Positions 14,196-22,370 of a stretch of DNA of 22,370 bases are shown here, in pieces. The notes beneath the pieces were generated by a model. That model did not search any database and had not been told where the DNA came from. It saw nothing but the letters and a program-made list of their open reading frames with translations. A program made the position numbers and the translations under genes. Source of the stretch: a virus; IMG/VR virus record IMGVR_UViG_3300022777_000060. The stretch is one strand, 5' to 3'. Every line of letters starts with the position of its first letter. Within the stretch, counting starts at the first letter, position 1.

Positions 14196-14887
14196 TATCG
14201 GTAAGCGGTTTGCCCGCCGGTTGCTCTTTCAACGAGTGCGTCAACAACTTGCTGTGGGCCGGTGTAACGTACTTTATCTCGTTTTGGCCTGCCGCCTTTG
14301 ATAGCAGAAGGCTCTTGAAAAACAACTTGCCCGCCTTCAATCTTCGCGCTTACAACGCTTTCACTGTCATTTCTATTTCGAAACACATTGACGAAGACGG
14401 CCATACCGCCCATCGGGTCAATGTGGAAGTGTAGTCCTTCGTATTCATAAGTGTCCATTCCAGTAGAAAGTCCGTTGTTCGCCAAATAGCGGTGAATGTC
14501 TTGCCCCGCCTTTGGCATTGATCCTTCCGTCGCTGGATCCACTGCTGCAGCGCCACCGGCTTCGTGAAGAATGGTCCGAATAGCTTTCCGAACCTCTGTA
14601 ATCTTCAAAAAGTCGGCGATCTTATCAGCGGCTCGATCTTTACTCACAGTTTCTTCTTTACTGCCAACGGAAACCTGGACGTTGCCGTGGCTCATTTCGC
14701 GAACATAAGCCCTCTGTCCGGTTCCAAACTCAATGTATTGGAGGTTCATATCCTCTTTCCCCCAGTCTGTGATTCGAAGACCGTGCTTCATCTTCAGCTT
14801 CTTTCGGATCCGCTGAAAGGTGGCAGGGTGGACCTCATTGAGTTCTTCCCGAATGATTTGTCGCAGCTTTTGCTCTGTTAGTTTCAT
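14195..14887 (-). CDS. putative internal head protein with MKLTE tag (two modules)
   Basis: MKLTEQKLRQIIREELNE; internal KITEVRKAIRTILHE. Confidence 0.75.
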   Translation of the reverse strand: MKLTEQKLRQIIREELNEVHPATFQRIRKKLKMKHGLRITDWGKEDMNLQYIEFGTGQRAYVREMSHGNVQVSVGSKEETVSKDRAADKIADFLKITEVRKAIRTILHEAGGAAAVDPATEGSMPKAGQDIHRYLANNGLSTGMDTYEYEGLHFHIDPMGGMAVFVNVFRNRNDSESVVSAKIEGGQVVFQEPSAIKGGRPKRDKVRYTGPQQVVDALVERATGGQTAYR

Positions 14888-14897
14888 CGTAGTTTGG

Positions 14898-15254
14898 TTA
14901 TGGCCATATTTTGTGAAAAGTGACGCTTTCGGTTGGCGTCATTGACTCTCGTGGATTATCAAAACTGCCCCAAATCTCTCCTGCGCTCGTCACGTCACCT
15001 CCCCTTGGATGCTTTTTGAAGAAGATCGCCTGAAAGTTGTTCATGTACCTATCGTTCACATCCGTTTGGCGCACGATTTTGTCTGTCATCGTGTCCCAAA
15101 GCTGGCCACCTCGCTTGCGGGTCATGTATGATCCTTCGTCTCCGAACTTATCTTTGAGGCGGCCGAAGTTCATGCGATCCTCTCCACGTGCTTCGGAAAG
15201 CCGTTCAATCTCTTCTCGAATAATAGTGCGAAGGTTGCTTTCGGTAAGTTTCAT
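14898..15254 (-). CDS. putative internal head protein with MKLTE tag
   Basis: MKLTESNLRTIIREEIERLSE. Confidence 0.75.
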   Translation of the reverse strand: MKLTESNLRTIIREEIERLSEARGEDRMNFGRLKDKFGDEGSYMTRKRGGQLWDTMTDKIVRQTDVNDRYMNNFQAIFFKKHPRGGDVTSAGEIWGSFDNPRESMTPTESVTFHKIWP

Positions 15255-15257
15255 GTG

Positions 15258-15848
15258 TTATCGTTTGCGTTTTTCACCAGTCACTTCCCAGTTGTTTGCT
15301 TTCAGCCACCGGGAAGCCTTGGCGAGTGATTCAAAGGACTTGTCGTACTTCATCGTGCTGAAGATATAGTCGTTGCCATAGGTGTAAAACTCTCCGCGTC
15401 CGACCTTCGGTGGAGCATCGGGGCTTGAAAGCGTAAGAGCCGTTTGCTCGACTCTATCGACCTTACCAAGCTGCCTCTCAGTCGGCTCTCCAAGCTCGGT
15501 GAGTTTTTGGATCTCTTGCTCTACGATTCTTCGGAGCTTGCTTTCAGTAAGCTTCTCTGTGCCTGAAGCCATTTTGGATTCATCCTTTCCTCGCCAATCG
15601 GTGGTGCCCAAATACTCGTCTTTCAGAGAAGCGCAAAACGCTTCGGGGTCGTCGAACTTATCTTCAACCTCGTCCATGCAGGCACTGAAAAAGCCTTCTT
15701 CACCTTCCTGCCCCGTAAGGTTTTGGGCGAAGCTCTCGACGGAGTCTTCATCCCAACCGTCCGGCAAGTTGTCCCAACCGATATCGTCTTCACGAAGAAC
15801 CTCTTCGTGGATTATCTTCCGAAGCCTGCAAGGCGTGAGTTTTTGCAT
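15258..15848 (-). CDS. putative internal head protein with two tag copies
   Basis: MQKLTPCRLRKIIHEEVLRE and internal KLTESKLRRIVEQEIQKLTE. Confidence 0.75.
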   Translation of the reverse strand: MQKLTPCRLRKIIHEEVLREDDIGWDNLPDGWDEDSVESFAQNLTGQEGEEGFFSACMDEVEDKFDDPEAFCASLKDEYLGTTDWRGKDESKMASGTEKLTESKLRRIVEQEIQKLTELGEPTERQLGKVDRVEQTALTLSSPDAPPKVGRGEFYTYGNDYIFSTMKYDKSFESLAKASRWLKANNWEVTGEKRKR

Positions 15849-15849
15849 A

Positions 15850-16005
15850 TCACTGTATCTTTATAGTCGTGTACTCGTCGGTTTGCTCTTCAATCTGAAC
15901 CTTCACCTTCTTCTCGGGAAGGAACTCACCGTCAATGAAGAGCATGTCGTGTCCGTTGAAGTTCCAGCTTGTACCATCGAAGACTTCAGGCTCTTCCTCA
16001 CCTAC
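15850..16005 (-). CDS. -1 frame C-terminal extension of the S8 protease (51 aa)
   Basis: After the A12 run: VGEEEPEVFDGTSWNFNGHDMLFIDGEFLPEKKVKVQIEEQTDEYTTIKIQ*, ending 1 nt before the next ATG. Confidence 0.7.
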   Translation of the reverse strand, partial: VGEEEPEVFDGTSWNFNGHDMLFIDGEFLPEKKVKVQIEEQTDEYTTIKIQ

Positions 16006-16895
16006 TTTTTTTTTTTTGAGACAGCATCTTCAAGAAGCAAGATTCCGGCTCCGTCTTTTTTCACGCCGGGAATGTCATTTGCGGTGTCCATGAACCGCTG
16101 ATCCCAACTCTGTCGCTTCGACTGAAGAGCGTTCGCGTAAGCTGCAGCAACGTAAGGTGCGGCAAAACTGGTTCCTGAAGCCTTGATGAAGTCGCTGTCA
16201 AGAACAGTTCCCATCGAAGCCTCTGTCGACTTAGCCATCTTCACGTCTTTTCCGACTGCCGCAACATCCGGGTTGCCTTTCTCCGGATCGAAGCTAGAGA
16301 ACCGAGTTGGAGCTTCGCTTTCATCAATAGCTCCTGCACTGAACGCGTTTTTCGCTGTCGCTGGACTCCCGCCGTCCCCGCCAGTGTTTCCAGCAGCAAC
16401 CACGTCTGCTACGCCCATATCCATAAGGCCGTCGTGAAGCCGGTTGATTTGTGGAATGTCACGCCGGGCTCCCCAGCTCATATTCACGATATCGATTTCG
16501 TTTCCGTGATCCAAGAGCCATTGGTATGCCCTTTCGATTGCTGGAAACCCTCCAGTGCCGTTATCTCCAAAGATCCGGACGCTGTATAGCTCCACGTTCT
16601 CAACGTTTTTCGCTACAATCGAGCCGACACCTGTTCCGTGTCCCACGACGTCGACGCCTTCGTTTCCACTGCGAGTTGCGTCGTACCTCTTGGTTACGTC
16701 AACGCCTTCGAACCACGGGTGATTTTGCTCTGCAGCATCATCGATGCCAGAGTCCATGATAGCGACGGTAATCTTCTCGCCTCTGGTCTGTTGGGGCCGA
16801 ATCTCGTGAATGCGCCGCGCTTCTTCTGGCGTAATCACTGACCCGTGGCTGGAAGTGGTAACTGCTTCATCAATGCGAATCTCAAACTCTTTCAT
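16002..16895 (-). CDS. subtilisin-like S8 serine protease
   Basis: VAIMDSGID, GHGTGVG, VNMSWG, AAGN, SGTSFAAP catalytic motifs; no signal peptide visible. Confidence 0.93.
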   Translation of the reverse strand: MKEFEIRIDEAVTTSSHGSVITPEEARRIHEIRPQQTRGEKITVAIMDSGIDDAAEQNHPWFEGVDVTKRYDATRSGNEGVDVVGHGTGVGSIVAKNVENVELYSVRIFGDNGTGGFPAIERAYQWLLDHGNEIDIVNMSWGARRDIPQINRLHDGLMDMGVADVVAAGNTGGDGGSPATAKNAFSAGAIDESEAPTRFSSFDPEKGNPDVAAVGKDVKMAKSTEASMGTVLDSDFIKASGTSFAAPYVAAAYANALQSKRQSWDQRFMDTANDIPGVKKDGAGILLLEDAVSKKKK

Positions 16896-16914
16896 AATGG
16901 TTGGTTACTTTTGT

Positions 16915-17247
16915 TTATGGTTGTGCCATGAACTCGGCGTCAATCTTTTCTGCGTTTCCACGTTGGATTTGCCTCTTTACCCATTCGTCATCGATTTCGC
17001 CGCGAACAGGTCGGCCGCTGGAAAATCCAAGAATGCGTTCGACGCTAATCCGGTCGCCTCTTCTCACAATGTCAACAGCAAGCGGTTCTCGCTCTCCGTG
17101 TCGTGAGTTCGGGTTTGGCAGCTTGTATACCTCTCCACGCCCTTCAGCCGATCGGCGGCCGCCAACTCCGGTTCGTGCGGGTGCTTCCGCGAGCTTTGAC
17201 AACTCTTCTCGAATAATGGATCGTAGTTTCGTTTCGGTAAGTTTCAT
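16915..17247 (-). CDS. putative internal head protein with MKLTE tag
   Basis: MKLTETKLRSIIREELSKLAE. Confidence 0.75.
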   Translation of the reverse strand: MKLTETKLRSIIREELSKLAEAPARTGVGGRRSAEGRGEVYKLPNPNSRHGEREPLAVDIVRRGDRISVERILGFSSGRPVRGEIDDEWVKRQIQRGNAEKIDAEFMAQP

Positions 17248-17261
17248 CGTTTGTTGTTGAT

Positions 17262-17645
17262 TTACAGTGCAGAGACTCTTGTGGAACGTTCAATGACGAC
17301 TCGAACTTTGTCGGCGTCGGCATTCACGTCCAGTTGTGCGCGTACGTATTTTCCAAGCAACGGGATTTCAACAGGACTGACCGATTCTTGAGCGTCAGCG
17401 GATTTCGTGTCACTAATGTCCACCTCTCGGGTGCTTTCCGTCGGCCCGTCAATCGTTTGCTCAATCGTGAGAGTCGCGCTTACTGAACTTCCAGCAGTCT
17501 GCGCGATTACATATCCAGTGACAGAGCTGTGCCCCGCCGCTGGTTTCCAGTTGGACTCGAAAGTCTTGCCGCTTGATACATTCTCACGGTTTAGCTCCAT
17601 AAGGGAGTCTCGCGGCAAAAATGAGTCGACGCTTGAGGTAGGCAT
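17262..17645 (-). CDS. hypothetical beta-rich protein, possibly virion-associated
   Basis: Ser/Thr/Val-rich alternating pattern; position in the head module. Confidence 0.6.
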   Translation of the reverse strand: MPTSSVDSFLPRDSLMELNRENVSSGKTFESNWKPAAGHSSVTGYVIAQTAGSSVSATLTIEQTIDGPTESTREVDISDTKSADAQESVSPVEIPLLGKYVRAQLDVNADADKVRVVIERSTRVSAL

Positions 17646-17739
17646 ATTCTATTCAATAAAGTTTAGTCGTTCAAGATTTTTCTTTGCGAGAAAACGCAAC
17701 CATTTTGTTGATTCTTATCGTGGAATTACTTCCTTCATA

Positions 17740-18846
17740 TCAGTTCAGATACTTTTTTGGGATTCCAAGTTTTCGTCCAACCTTCACAAACTGCTTGTTG
17801 TGTGTCGGGTTATTCGCCTGTGCAAGCACAAAGTGAATGAGTTCATGCTTGATCACTGACTTTAAGTATTCAACGTCTTTCGAAAATGCCTGCGGGTGAA
17901 CGTCAATGATTCCGTAGTCGGTGATATCGGTTTTGTTTGTGTTGTGCCCGACCTTGCCCGGAGGAAGATTTATGCTTGAAACTCCAAATGACACGTAGGG
18001 AATGTTCTTGACTTCATTTCCCGTCACGTCTTTGTAAGCTCTGACAACATCCGGAAGAAACTTGTGCGCAACTTTGGTTATGACAGCAGACTTCTTCTTT
18101 CGTTTCTTGAGATTTTGAATAACGTCAGAGTAATCGTAGCCGTCTGTTTGAAGTATTTCAGCAACTCGAATCGTCCATCCGAGAGTTCTTTGCCAGTGAT
18201 CGGGACTACCATACGTCCGATCAAACTTTGAAAAATCAAGGTCGCGAGTTGAGTAGATGGTCGTGTTGAGTGTCCAAACGTCGTCGTGAAGAATCGAATG
18301 GCAGTTGATGGCAACTGGAGCATTCATCTCTGGAACCACGAGCCGCCAATCCTTTCCGTCCATATCTTCACGGGTTGACGTGTCGTATTTGTACCATCCT
18401 GCGCTCTCTATGCCAAGCTCTTCGGCCACTTTCGCAAGCTCATAATGAAAAAGCTCGATGCCGTCCCAACTCGGCCCGTAATAGTCGTGTTGAGTTTGCC
18501 AGTGAGTGAGAACGTCCCGAATCTGTTGCGCCTTCGCAGAGTCTGCGTGAATATCTTCTACGTAGTGTTTCATCACGTAGAAGTCTTTCTTCGGAGCATA
18601 GATCGTGTTTTCCGTTCCCTTAATCTTTGCCCTGTACCCGATGATCTGATTGAACTTCGTGTAAACGCCAGTAATCTTGACCATCTTCCCCCGCTTATCA
18701 GCGAGCACTTCATTGGCGTTTTCGTTTATCTGAGCTTCCTTGCCGACGTGTGAGTGATCGGTTCGAAGGTCTCGCTGGATATCAACTTCAAGTGGAAAGT
18801 TCCAGTCACCGATCTCTCTATTTTGTAGATACTCAGATATTTTCAT
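17740..18846 (-). CDS. multidomain protein with C-terminal SprT-like zinc metalloprotease
   Basis: VIKHELIH...THNKQF...LG (HExxH plus third His). Confidence 0.7.
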   Translation of the reverse strand: MKISEYLQNREIGDWNFPLEVDIQRDLRTDHSHVGKEAQINENANEVLADKRGKMVKITGVYTKFNQIIGYRAKIKGTENTIYAPKKDFYVMKHYVEDIHADSAKAQQIRDVLTHWQTQHDYYGPSWDGIELFHYELAKVAEELGIESAGWYKYDTSTREDMDGKDWRLVVPEMNAPVAINCHSILHDDVWTLNTTIYSTRDLDFSKFDRTYGSPDHWQRTLGWTIRVAEILQTDGYDYSDVIQNLKKRKKKSAVITKVAHKFLPDVVRAYKDVTGNEVKNIPYVSFGVSSINLPPGKVGHNTNKTDITDYGIIDVHPQAFSKDVEYLKSVIKHELIHFVLAQANNPTHNKQFVKVGRKLGIPKKYLN

Positions 18847-18850
18847 ATTG

Positions 18851-19102
18851 TCAACTCAAATGCTGTTCTGCTTTCCACCACTGATTTTCGGCGGCATATT
18901 TTTTCGCGTTGTGCTTTTTGCGTTTGCGTTCTTCGCGACGCTTTTTGGAAGGCTTTGTGTAATACTGGTTCTTCTTCCATTTGAGCATTCGCTTACACTT
19001 TCTCACGCGCCGGTCGAAAACTTCAAGTGCTTTTTCGACGTCATCGTTTTTCACTTCTACGCCGTAAGCGTTGTTGTAATTTGCTTTGTTACGATCTCCC
19101 AT
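18851..19102 (-). CDS. rpsU: phage-encoded ribosomal protein bS21
   Basis: VEVKNDDVEKALEVFDRRVRK...KKNQYYTKPSKKRR matches the bS21 signature; start placed at ATG 19102 because the longer ORF overlaps the upstream gene. Confidence 0.85.
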   Translation of the reverse strand: MGDRNKANYNNAYGVEVKNDDVEKALEVFDRRVRKCKRMLKWKKNQYYTKPSKKRREERKRKKHNAKKYAAENQWWKAEQHLS

Positions 19103-19124
19103 GTTTATATAGACAGATTTTGAT

Positions 19125-19385
19125 TCATTCTTCAGTTCGATTCTGCGATTGTCGTTGAGTTTGCGATTTCGGCGAGCCAAGCTTGATGCCTTGGTTCGCA
19201 AAGTGCTCAAAAGAGTTTCCTGCAACGTAAATCGCGAAGAGCCACTTCGAGAAGTTTACCCACTGTTCGGGCGGCAGCAGCCCCCAATAGAAAAAGAGAG
19301 TTGCCGAAACATACCCGACTAGTGTAACGTGGAACTTGCGTGACGTGAGCTTTTCCCACGCAAGATCCCGAATCTCTTCTTTCAC
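19125..19385 (-). CDS. small 2-TM membrane protein, holin-like
   Basis: KLTSRKF followed by two hydrophobic segments, YVAGNSFEH and a polar tail; GTG start coupled to the upstream stop. Confidence 0.5.
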   Translation of the reverse strand: MKEEIRDLAWEKLTSRKFHVTLVGYVSATLFFYWGLLPPEQWVNFSKWLFAIYVAGNSFEHFANQGIKLGSPKSQTQRQSQNRTEE

Positions 19386-19657
19386 TCTTCTTGTAGGTCT
19401 TTGGCAATGATTCGTGCATCTCCGAGTGCGTCCAAAAGTTCTTTCACCTCTTTTCGCCCAAGTTCGCTGTACTCCAGCTCAAGCCCAATACCCTCTGCCG
19501 CGTGAAGCATTGAACGAATGTGCATCAGTCCCACATCCGAATCGTCAGATGCCTTTTCAAATGCTTCATCGGCAACCTTTTGGTACTCTCGGCTAAGTTT
19601 GTAGCCGCTCATTTCTTCTCGAATGATTCGTCGTAGCTTTTCTTCTGTGAGTTTCAT
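19382..19657 (-). CDS. putative internal head protein with MKLTE tag
   Basis: MKLTEEKLRRIIREE. Confidence 0.75.
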   Translation of the reverse strand: MKLTEEKLRRIIREEMSGYKLSREYQKVADEAFEKASDDSDVGLMHIRSMLHAAEGIGLELEYSELGRKEVKELLDALGDARIIAKDLQEE

Positions 19658-20298
19658 CGGCTCTGTGTTTGCTGGTATTTGCGTTCAAGCTGGCTGTCTC
19701 CGAGCACGTACCCGTTGAAGATGGTTCGAAGCGTGTGGTTGGAGGGATCCTGTGGATCCCTGGACTCGTCTCTAATGACGTGACGAATGAACTTGTCTTT
19801 GTCAGCTAGATTGAGCATCTTCTGCCTGTCAAACTCAACTCTTTGCTCTGAAAGGATTCCCTTCAACTCTTCCCGCACGAGTCCCCGAAGTTGAGTCTCG
19901 GTAACTTGAACGGATTCATTGATGGTGTCGGACTTTCCTTCTTCCGCACCGCCGACGTCGAAGTATCGGTTGAACTTCATTCCGATGTCGTCATAAAGAG
20001 CGGTCAGCCGGTCCTGGTGCTTCTGAACTTTATCAGCTTCTTTCTTGAACTTGCGAACCTTCTTCTCAATCTCTTTGAGATTGCGGTTCACCGTCACCGA
20101 ATCGAAGCTGTTCTCTTTCTCGTTCAAATAGCGTTTCGCATACTCAGTGATTGCGGCGAACTTCTTCGCGATTTTCCGCAGATCCTTCTCTTGGTATACC
20201 GCTTTCCCGTATTCGTCAAACTTTTTCAGCTCGTTGTACAGAACCCTTTTTTCGTCTTCACTGAGCTTTTTGTGATCTTCAAACCAACTGTCGTCCAT
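19654..20298 (-). CDS. coiled-coil head-module protein with internal tag
   Basis: Helical N-terminal domain, then INE^SVQVTETQLRGLVREELKGILSE. Confidence 0.75.
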   Translation of the reverse strand: MDDSWFEDHKKLSEDEKRVLYNELKKFDEYGKAVYQEKDLRKIAKKFAAITEYAKRYLNEKENSFDSVTVNRNLKEIEKKVRKFKKEADKVQKHQDRLTALYDDIGMKFNRYFDVGGAEEGKSDTINESVQVTETQLRGLVREELKGILSEQRVEFDRQKMLNLADKDKFIRHVIRDESRDPQDPSNHTLRTIFNGYVLGDSQLERKYQQTQSR

Positions 20299-20309
20299 AG
20301 GTCTTTGTT

Positions 20310-20750
20310 TTATCCGTCAAGTTGTGTAAGCCTTCGGCCGTCAAATCGCCAGTCCCAGATGCTTTCGGAACCTTCTGGCGGCTCTTCGATAGAGTATCCT
20401 TGTTCGTCGGCGTAGTCTTTCACTTGCCGCAGCACTCGCTGTTCATCGTTTCCTCGAAACGTGCGCTCGATTTCGGCGTCTTCATTGCCTGAAGCGATCA
20501 GCCCAACTTTAACTCGGCCGACCCCTTTCGTCGCTTCCAAAACTACTTCACGAGCGGCAGCACGAAGTTTGTGCTCGACCAGCTTTCGGTCGTCTTCGGA
20601 GTACTCATACAGCTCCCATGCGGCGCGTTCAACGCCGTCTGGAAGCTCCTGGCGCTCTTCTAGCCGCCTCTTTGCTTTCTCCATACCCGGTGGCATGAAC
20701 GTCTCGAAAAGGTGGCTGAGCGTGCGGTCAATGAACGTTTCTTTATGCAT
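20310..20750 (-). CDS. hypothetical head-module protein
   Basis: Internal KLRAAAREVVLE; overlapping start. Confidence 0.7.
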   Translation of the reverse strand: MHKETFIDRTLSHLFETFMPPGMEKAKRRLEERQELPDGVERAAWELYEYSEDDRKLVEHKLRAAAREVVLEATKGVGRVKVGLIASGNEDAEIERTFRGNDEQRVLRQVKDYADEQGYSIEEPPEGSESIWDWRFDGRRLTQLDG

Positions 20751-21582
20751 CTCTTTGGAGTTTTTCGTTTATGCTGTTGTCCTCTGGAACTCTCGAAACT
20801 GCACGCTGAAGCGCATTGCGCTCTTCGGGAGACAGGGTGACGACTTCATTTTCCCGAAGCCGCCTGGCGAGAACGTCAATCGTGACGTTTTCAAGCCTCG
20901 ACATGTCGTCTTCGTGTAGCTGCCTGTATCTCAGTGCCCGCCGTGCGAGTCCATTTTCTTCTTCGGTAAGGTTGATTTCAAAGTTTCGCCTGCCTGAAAG
21001 AACCTCTTCAAGCTCGCTGTGAACCAACTCGCTCATCTTTCGCTGAATGGCAAGGCGAATGTTTTGCTCTTCATCCTCTTCCTCGTCTTTCTCTTCGCTC
21101 TCGTCAATGCGCTCGATAGGGGTTTCCCCAAGGTTTCGAGTGTATGCAGGTCGAACCTCACGAAGCGAATCGAACGGATCCTCAACGATGCCGTTTGCTT
21201 GCTCTTCGCTCATAGCGACTCGCCCTGCCCCCGGAATCGACATATCGGTGAAGCGGTAGTCCTTTTTGAACCCACGAGCGGTTTTGAGGCCGAATGTCGC
21301 GACGCAGTCTTCGTCGATCTGACTGAAGGCTTCGGCGTCGTCTTTCGGCCACGTCACCATGATGTTCAGGGGCTCGTTATAGAGCACCTTATCGAATCCA
21401 TCTTCTTCGTAGTGAGTGCGATATGTCGTGTTGTATAGCTCCGTCAAGTCCATCCAACTTCCGCTTCCTCCACTTACCCGGCCGCCAGTGTAATAGTTTG
21501 TTTGCGAAAACGGCGAGCGCACTGGAGTCGTGCGGTAGCTGGACTTGAGGTAGCTTTCAACAAGTCGTTTAAGGTCTGCCAT
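20743..21582 (-). CDS. hypothetical head-module protein
   Basis: MADLKRLVE N-terminus; acidic linker. Confidence 0.75.
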   Translation of the reverse strand: MADLKRLVESYLKSSYRTTPVRSPFSQTNYYTGGRVSGGSGSWMDLTELYNTTYRTHYEEDGFDKVLYNEPLNIMVTWPKDDAEAFSQIDEDCVATFGLKTARGFKKDYRFTDMSIPGAGRVAMSEEQANGIVEDPFDSLREVRPAYTRNLGETPIERIDESEEKDEEEDEEQNIRLAIQRKMSELVHSELEEVLSGRRNFEINLTEEENGLARRALRYRQLHEDDMSRLENVTIDVLARRLRENEVVTLSPEERNALQRAVSRVPEDNSINEKLQRDA

Positions 21583-21590
21583 AAGAGTGT

Positions 21591-22316
21591 TTATGTTATT
21601 TGTTTCCAGAACCCATAGAGGCGGTTCACAAGACGTTTTTCTTGATCGTCGCTTATGTTGTACTGCATTCGGGGCGGAATGTGTTCATCAAAAAACCAAT
21701 CCTTGAAGTCCCGAAAGTTTCCGTTCCAATCATCTTCCATTCTCGTATCCAAAAGGCCGGGAACTTCCAAGGTGTGTTCAAGTTGGGCGAGTCCGGACTG
21801 AAAGTATGCATTCACTTCAAAGGGGTCAGTGAAGTATGTTTCCCAACTCTTCTCTTTCCCCGGCTCGTAGGTTGCCAAGTCTTGTATGTTCGCTTCTGTT
21901 CGGCGGTCGTCAAGGTAATGAACGTACTCGTGCATGAAAATCTTCGCGACATCTTCAAGATTCTTTCTCATCACGAATCGTGCGTCGTCCTCTGTGTCAA
22001 AGATTGCTCTGCCCAAAACGTAAAGCCGAATCTCCGGGTCCCCTCCATTCTTTACATATTTGGCGTCGGCCGGATCCATTCCTTCAGCAAACCACTTGAT
22101 TTTCAATGGCGTTGAAGCTCGCTCTTCCAAGTCTGTAAACTGATCGATCCGAATAGATCTTGCAGCACCTTCTCGCTGAAACTCACCGCCGGACTTGAGA
22201 TAGTCAACGAGCTTTTTATATACGTCAAGTGCCTGTTCCCGAAAAAGCCGGTCTTGCTCGGCGTCTTCGTGAAGACGCCGGATTACTCGCTCTGTGACTT
22301 TCTCAACTAGCTTCAT
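21591..22316 (-). CDS. zincin-like metallopeptidase with tag-like N-terminus
   Basis: FMHEYVHYLD...YFTDPFEVNAY (HExxH plus downstream E); MKLVEKVTERVIRRLHE. Confidence 0.7.
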   Translation of the reverse strand: MKLVEKVTERVIRRLHEDAEQDRLFREQALDVYKKLVDYLKSGGEFQREGAARSIRIDQFTDLEERASTPLKIKWFAEGMDPADAKYVKNGGDPEIRLYVLGRAIFDTEDDARFVMRKNLEDVAKIFMHEYVHYLDDRRTEANIQDLATYEPGKEKSWETYFTDPFEVNAYFQSGLAQLEHTLEVPGLLDTRMEDDWNGNFRDFKDWFFDEHIPPRMQYNISDDQEKRLVNRLYGFWKQIT

Positions 22317-22370
22317 TGAAGAGTAGCTTATCGGGATTCTGAATCAAGAGTGTTTCGTTGTTGGGAAACT

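Noticed and set aside
17649-17738. 30-codon minus-strand frame exactly filling a gap but with an internal TAA (17715-17717); possible readthrough or recoding
   Set aside because: Too short to judge; TAA, TAG and TGA all act as normal stops elsewhere in the window, so there is no support for an alternative genetic code.
19103-19225. 41-aa N-terminal extension of bS21 from the ORF track
   Set aside because: Overlaps the upstream membrane gene by about 100 nt; bS21 similarity begins after ATG 19102.
1-22370. tRNA or rRNA genes
   Set aside because: No cloverleaf with T-loop/D-loop consensus or rRNA-like stretch was seen in the short intergenic regions.

Overview
This is a 22.4 kb segment of a large T4-like (gp23-type capsid) tailed phage. 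The host is most likely a halophilic Bacteroidota/Rhodothermota bacterium, inferred from very acidic structural proteins, start regions lacking Shine-Dalgarno motifs, a phage bS21 and a peptidoglycan hydrolase. The left part (1-8137, + strand) is an accessory/early region of small ORFs: a CX5R phosphatase, small 3-TM membrane proteins and a SleB-like cell-wall hydrolase. It is punctuated by five copies of a ~75-bp promoter-like cassette (11-bp direct repeat, GRAAC-N16-CGTGTAA, conserved leader). The right part (8221-22316, - strand) is the head module: major capsid protein, acidic scaffold, bS21, a holin-like protein, three proteases (S8, SprT-like, zincin) and many otherwise unrelated proteins sharing an MKLTExxLRxIIREE..LxE peptide. 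Main observations: (1) Both free-standing endonuclease genes (a GIY-YIG and a Zn-finger/Vsr-like nuclease/DNA-methyltransferase fusion) sit in cassettes that appear to have replaced the 3' end of their upstream gene with a synonymously recoded copy. The old 3' end is stranded downstream, and one of the two targets is the major capsid gene. (2) A pseudoknot/switch RNA lies in front of the GIY-YIG gene. (3) A modular candidate capsid-loading and cleavage tag occurs on many cargo proteins. (4) An A12 / A-AAA-AAG slippery site extends the S8 protease. All calls are from motif reading by eye; no database searches were run.
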